A stretch of 44,182 nt of DNA, taken from Nanobdellota archaeon (GTDB lineage Archaea; Nanobdellota; Nanobdellia; Woesearchaeales; GW2011-AR4). The stretch spans positions 1-44,182 of the forward strand of contig JBBSWR010000144.1 of NCBI GenBank assembly GCA_038046185.1, in the 5' to 3' direction. Position 1 is the first letter of the stretch, and each line of letters opens with the position of its first letter. This document shows, piece after piece, positions 41,647-44,182 of the stretch. The position numbers were made by a program, and so were the translations under genes. A model generated the notes under the pieces. The model was not told the origin of the DNA. It saw nothing but the letters and a program-made list of their open reading frames with translations, and did not search any database.

Positions 41647-42213
41647 ATGGATGGAGTCAATGCAGTTTTATTGGTAGACGCTTTGGAAAGTCACCCTCCC
41701 TTAACAGAAGGGATTCTGCCGAATAGGCAAGAGTTAGTGGATTTATTAATCTCTACTCCTGTACCCCCTTCCAAAAGGTTTTATGAATCTGTTGGGGATA
41801 ACTCGCAAAGGATACCTGATTCAGGGAATGATGTGTCACACAACGTCGCGATAAGAAGAATTTTAAGAAATAATTTAGCTTCTGATTATGAAGGCGGAAC
41901 TCTTAGGAGATTGTATGAAGCGGCCTATGATGCTTTAGAATCTAGATTTGGCGCGTATGACTCTAATGTTATGTTAAGAAAGGCAAGAGCTAACCTGATG
42001 ATAGCGGCACTAATGCAACAGGCACATCAAGCTGGACATCCATATTCTTTATCTGGAAAATTAGAAACATTTGATGAAATTTCTGGAAAAGTGTCTACTA
42101 TTCCTCTGATAATCATACCGGGCATAAGTAATCAAGATATGTACAAAGTATTAGCTTGGGAATTGTCCCATATTAACCCTAAACGACCAGAAGATAATTA
42201 TAAACCAAATTAA
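41647..42213 (+). CDS. Hypothetical protein (composition atypical for this window)
   Basis: 188-aa ORF. It is visibly poorer in Lys/Asn/Ile and richer in Ala/Arg/Pro/Gly than neighbouring genes. No recognisable motif. Confidence 0.45.
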   Translation: MDGVNAVLLVDALESHPPLTEGILPNRQELVDLLISTPVPPSKRFYESVGDNSQRIPDSGNDVSHNVAIRRILRNNLASDYEGGTLRRLYEAAYDALESRFGAYDSNVMLRKARANLMIAALMQQAHQAGHPYSLSGKLETFDEISGKVSTIPLIIIPGISNQDMYKVLAWELSHINPKRPEDNYKPN

Positions 42214-42245
42214 GTTTAAGATTGAGAATCTCGTTCTTAATTTTT

Positions 42246-43109
42246 CTAAAACTCTTTCAGAAATTTCACCAGCTCATTTGCCTCTTCAAACTCCATAAAT
42301 TCTTTTTTTGTGAGCGAAGGAATATTTTTCGGCTTTTTTTTGTTGAAAATGACAAGATTGTCCGCTTCCAATAATTTGGATAAGGACTGCATCTGCGGAT
42401 TTACCTTGTCGCTCACTTCAGTCAGGATTATTTCACTGCCTTTCCTTGCAATGATGTCAAAGGGGGTCTTCTTTGTATCAGTTGCGTCAAATCCCAGCTC
42501 AACATATTTTTTTGAAACTGCCGTCTCAAATTTTCCGTGCGGAGAGCTTTGCTGTGAAAATATGTTTACTTCGTTGAAAACCTGGTGGCCGAAAAGGTCA
42601 TAAAGTTTTTTTGCGCGGTTGATTGTTATTTCAGAATTTTCATTCTCGTATTTGACGATCATCCTGCTCGTGACGCCAATTTTTTTTGACAGGGAGTTCA
42701 AGGAATATCCCAGCTCCTCCCTTTTCTCCTTCAGCTTTTTGCCGACAACAGACGCAGTCAGGCCCGCCTGGCTTCTTTTCAGGAACGGAAATTTATTGTT
42801 GACGCAGTTCAGGAAAGTGCCGTAGTTAAGGGTGTAAATGTCAAATCTTGAATAAACAACGTTGTCATCCAGCATATCTCCGGCTTTTTCGGCGAGTATC
42901 AAAGGGGAAGCTTCTATGTAAGAGGCAATTGACATCATTTCTTCCGCATATTCCCTTGTGATTGAATTTGCATCTTCAAGAACCTTGATCAAAAGTATCT
43001 GCTCGTTTCTCCTTGCGAGAATGTCAAAGCAGGTCCTTGTCAGATTTTTTATTGTGAATCCTCTCTTGAGCAGAAAAATATTGAGCTTGTCCAGGAGATT
43101 TTGCTTCAT
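42246..43109 (-). CDS. Archaeal putative HTH-type (Cro/C1, XRE-like) transcriptional regulator of the MJ1164-like family
   Basis: Central HTH LKEKREELGYSLNSLSKKIGVTSRMIVKYENENSEITINRAKKLYDLFG is flanked by N- and C-terminal domains at ~290 aa, the conserved archaeal architecture. Likely start is the ATG at 43109 (MKQNLLDKL..). Confidence 0.7.
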   Translation of the reverse strand: MKQNLLDKLNIFLLKRGFTIKNLTRTCFDILARRNEQILLIKVLEDANSITREYAEEMMSIASYIEASPLILAEKAGDMLDDNVVYSRFDIYTLNYGTFLNCVNNKFPFLKRSQAGLTASVVGKKLKEKREELGYSLNSLSKKIGVTSRMIVKYENENSEITINRAKKLYDLFGHQVFNEVNIFSQQSSPHGKFETAVSKKYVELGFDATDTKKTPFDIIARKGSEIILTEVSDKVNPQMQSLSKLLEADNLVIFNKKKPKNIPSLTKKEFMEFEEANELVKFLKEF

Positions 43110-43199
43110 AATCCGATAAAAGAAATAATGATTTAAAAATGTTGCCATAAATATTTCAAAAAACAAAATTATAAATACTAATTCCTACATCAGCCTAGC

Positions 43200-43736
43200 A
43201 TGATTGTAACAATTTCCGGAAAAGCCGGCTCGGGAAAAAGCACAGTTGCCAAACTGCTTTCTGAAAAATTAAAGTTAAGGCATTATTCTATAGGGGACTT
43301 AATGAGGGCAATGGCTTCTGACAAAGGGATCGGCCTGATGGAATTAAACAAGCTGGCCGAAAAGGATAATTCAATTGACCTGGAACTGGACAAAAGGCTG
43401 AAAGAGCTTGGAAAAACAAAAGATAATTTTGTGGTTGACGGCAGGCTGGCCGCTTTTTTTATTCCAAATGCGCAGGTCAGGGTTTTTCTTGACACCAACG
43501 ATAAAGTAAGGGCTGAGAGAATCCTGAAAGACAAAAGAGAGCATGAGCAAAGCAAGGACCTGAATGAAATGGTAAAAAAAATACAGGAAAGGGAAAAGAG
43601 CGAGAAGAAAAGATACCAGCAGTACTATAGTGTTGATTATCTGGATAAAAAACTGTATAATTTATTTATTGACACTACTGAATTAAACCCGAATGGTGTT
43701 GTTGACAGGATAATCAAATTTATGAAGCATATTTGA
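43200..43736 (+). CDS. cmk: Cytidylate (CMP) kinase, archaeal type
   Basis: MIVTISGKAGSGKSTVAKLLSEKLKLRHYSIGDLMR contains the P-loop. The ~178 aa length and DGRLA motif match archaeal Cmk. Confidence 0.8.
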   Translation: MIVTISGKAGSGKSTVAKLLSEKLKLRHYSIGDLMRAMASDKGIGLMELNKLAEKDNSIDLELDKRLKELGKTKDNFVVDGRLAAFFIPNAQVRVFLDTNDKVRAERILKDKREHEQSKDLNEMVKKIQEREKSEKKRYQQYYSVDYLDKKLYNLFIDTTELNPNGVVDRIIKFMKHI

Positions 43737-43787
43737 TGAATGCTTGCCTTAGAAAAATATTAATAGCGAGCCGATATTTCTTTCATT

Positions 43788-44162
43788 ATGAAAGTAAAAA
43801 TTGATTATAGGCCCGGTCAGGCGCTTCCTTGGAGTGCAACTTATGAGAAACCAGGATGGAGTATTGTAGATTCTGGCTTAGGTTCTCCAGCCAGTATTAC
43901 TGTAAGAAGTAAAGATGAACTCTCCCTTTTAGTTAAGGCACTGCAAGGTTTATGTAGTGCACGAAGTCCTTCAACCGGTGCAGGCGTCCTGCAAAGAGCA
44001 CAAGATGCGACCACAAGCCAAGGCGAAATTATTGAAGCAGAATATGGAAGTAATGTGCCTAAAGAGTTTAGAGAAGCAATCATACCAGTTCTTTCACTTT
44101 ACAATAATAGAAGATTAGCCATAGTAAGTATAGATGACCACATCGAACTTCACTCATTGTAA
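43788..44162 (+). CDS. Hypothetical protein (composition atypical for this window)
   Basis: 124-aa ORF, Ala/Ser/Gly/Pro-rich and Lys/Asn-poor relative to neighbours. No recognisable motif. Confidence 0.4.
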   Translation: MKVKIDYRPGQALPWSATYEKPGWSIVDSGLGSPASITVRSKDELSLLVKALQGLCSARSPSTGAGVLQRAQDATTSQGEIIEAEYGSNVPKEFREAIIPVLSLYNNRRLAIVSIDDHIELHSL

Positions 44163-44182
44163 ATCCAAGATTTTAACATTAG

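Noticed and set aside
1-44182. Looked for transposases, integrases, phage or plasmid genes that could explain the repeats and duplications.
   Set aside because: No ORF shows DDE, tyrosine/serine recombinase or capsid/terminase-like motifs that I can recognise. The repeats therefore cannot be assigned to an autonomous mobile element in this window.

Overview
AT-rich (about one-third G+C by eye) archaeal window. It looks like a small-genome DPANN-type archaeon: it carries an HMf-type histone, archaeal-type GluRS, archaeal CMP kinase, BRE/TATA-like promoters, and tRNA genes interrupted at non-canonical positions. From ~1 to 31 kb, nearly all genes are on the + strand and encode secreted, lipid-anchored or membrane-anchored proteins packed with N-x-S/T sequons. 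This stretch also holds a glycogen-synthase-like glycosyltransferase, an ArsR regulator and an M50-like protease. From ~31 to 44 kb the content is housekeeping (ppa, HIT, metallophosphoesterase, histone, gltX, cmk, four tRNAs) plus some hypotheticals. The stand-out is a duplicated locus. Copy 1 (15070-22095) encodes two RHH regulators, a 1412-aa surface protein and a 779-aa protein built as ectodomain, TM helix, then cytoplasmic HerA/FtsK-like P-loop ATPase. Copy 2 (25270-29714) encodes two RHH regulators and one 1387-aa fusion of a surface module to the same ATPase module. Between the copies lie a small 2-TM protein and three tandem KaiC-like ATPases, and coiled-coil proteins follow copy 2. 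I read this as a candidate undescribed envelope-spanning ATPase apparatus. Other notable points: an N-D-F-x-x-W helical domain present as three tandem mini-genes and also fused to the HerA C-terminus; tRNAs with one to three introns, including a Ser-like type II tRNA with an apparent AAG anticodon; several palindromic intergenic repeat families; and a GC-rich structured element. All folds, alignments and family assignments were done by eye and need computational confirmation.
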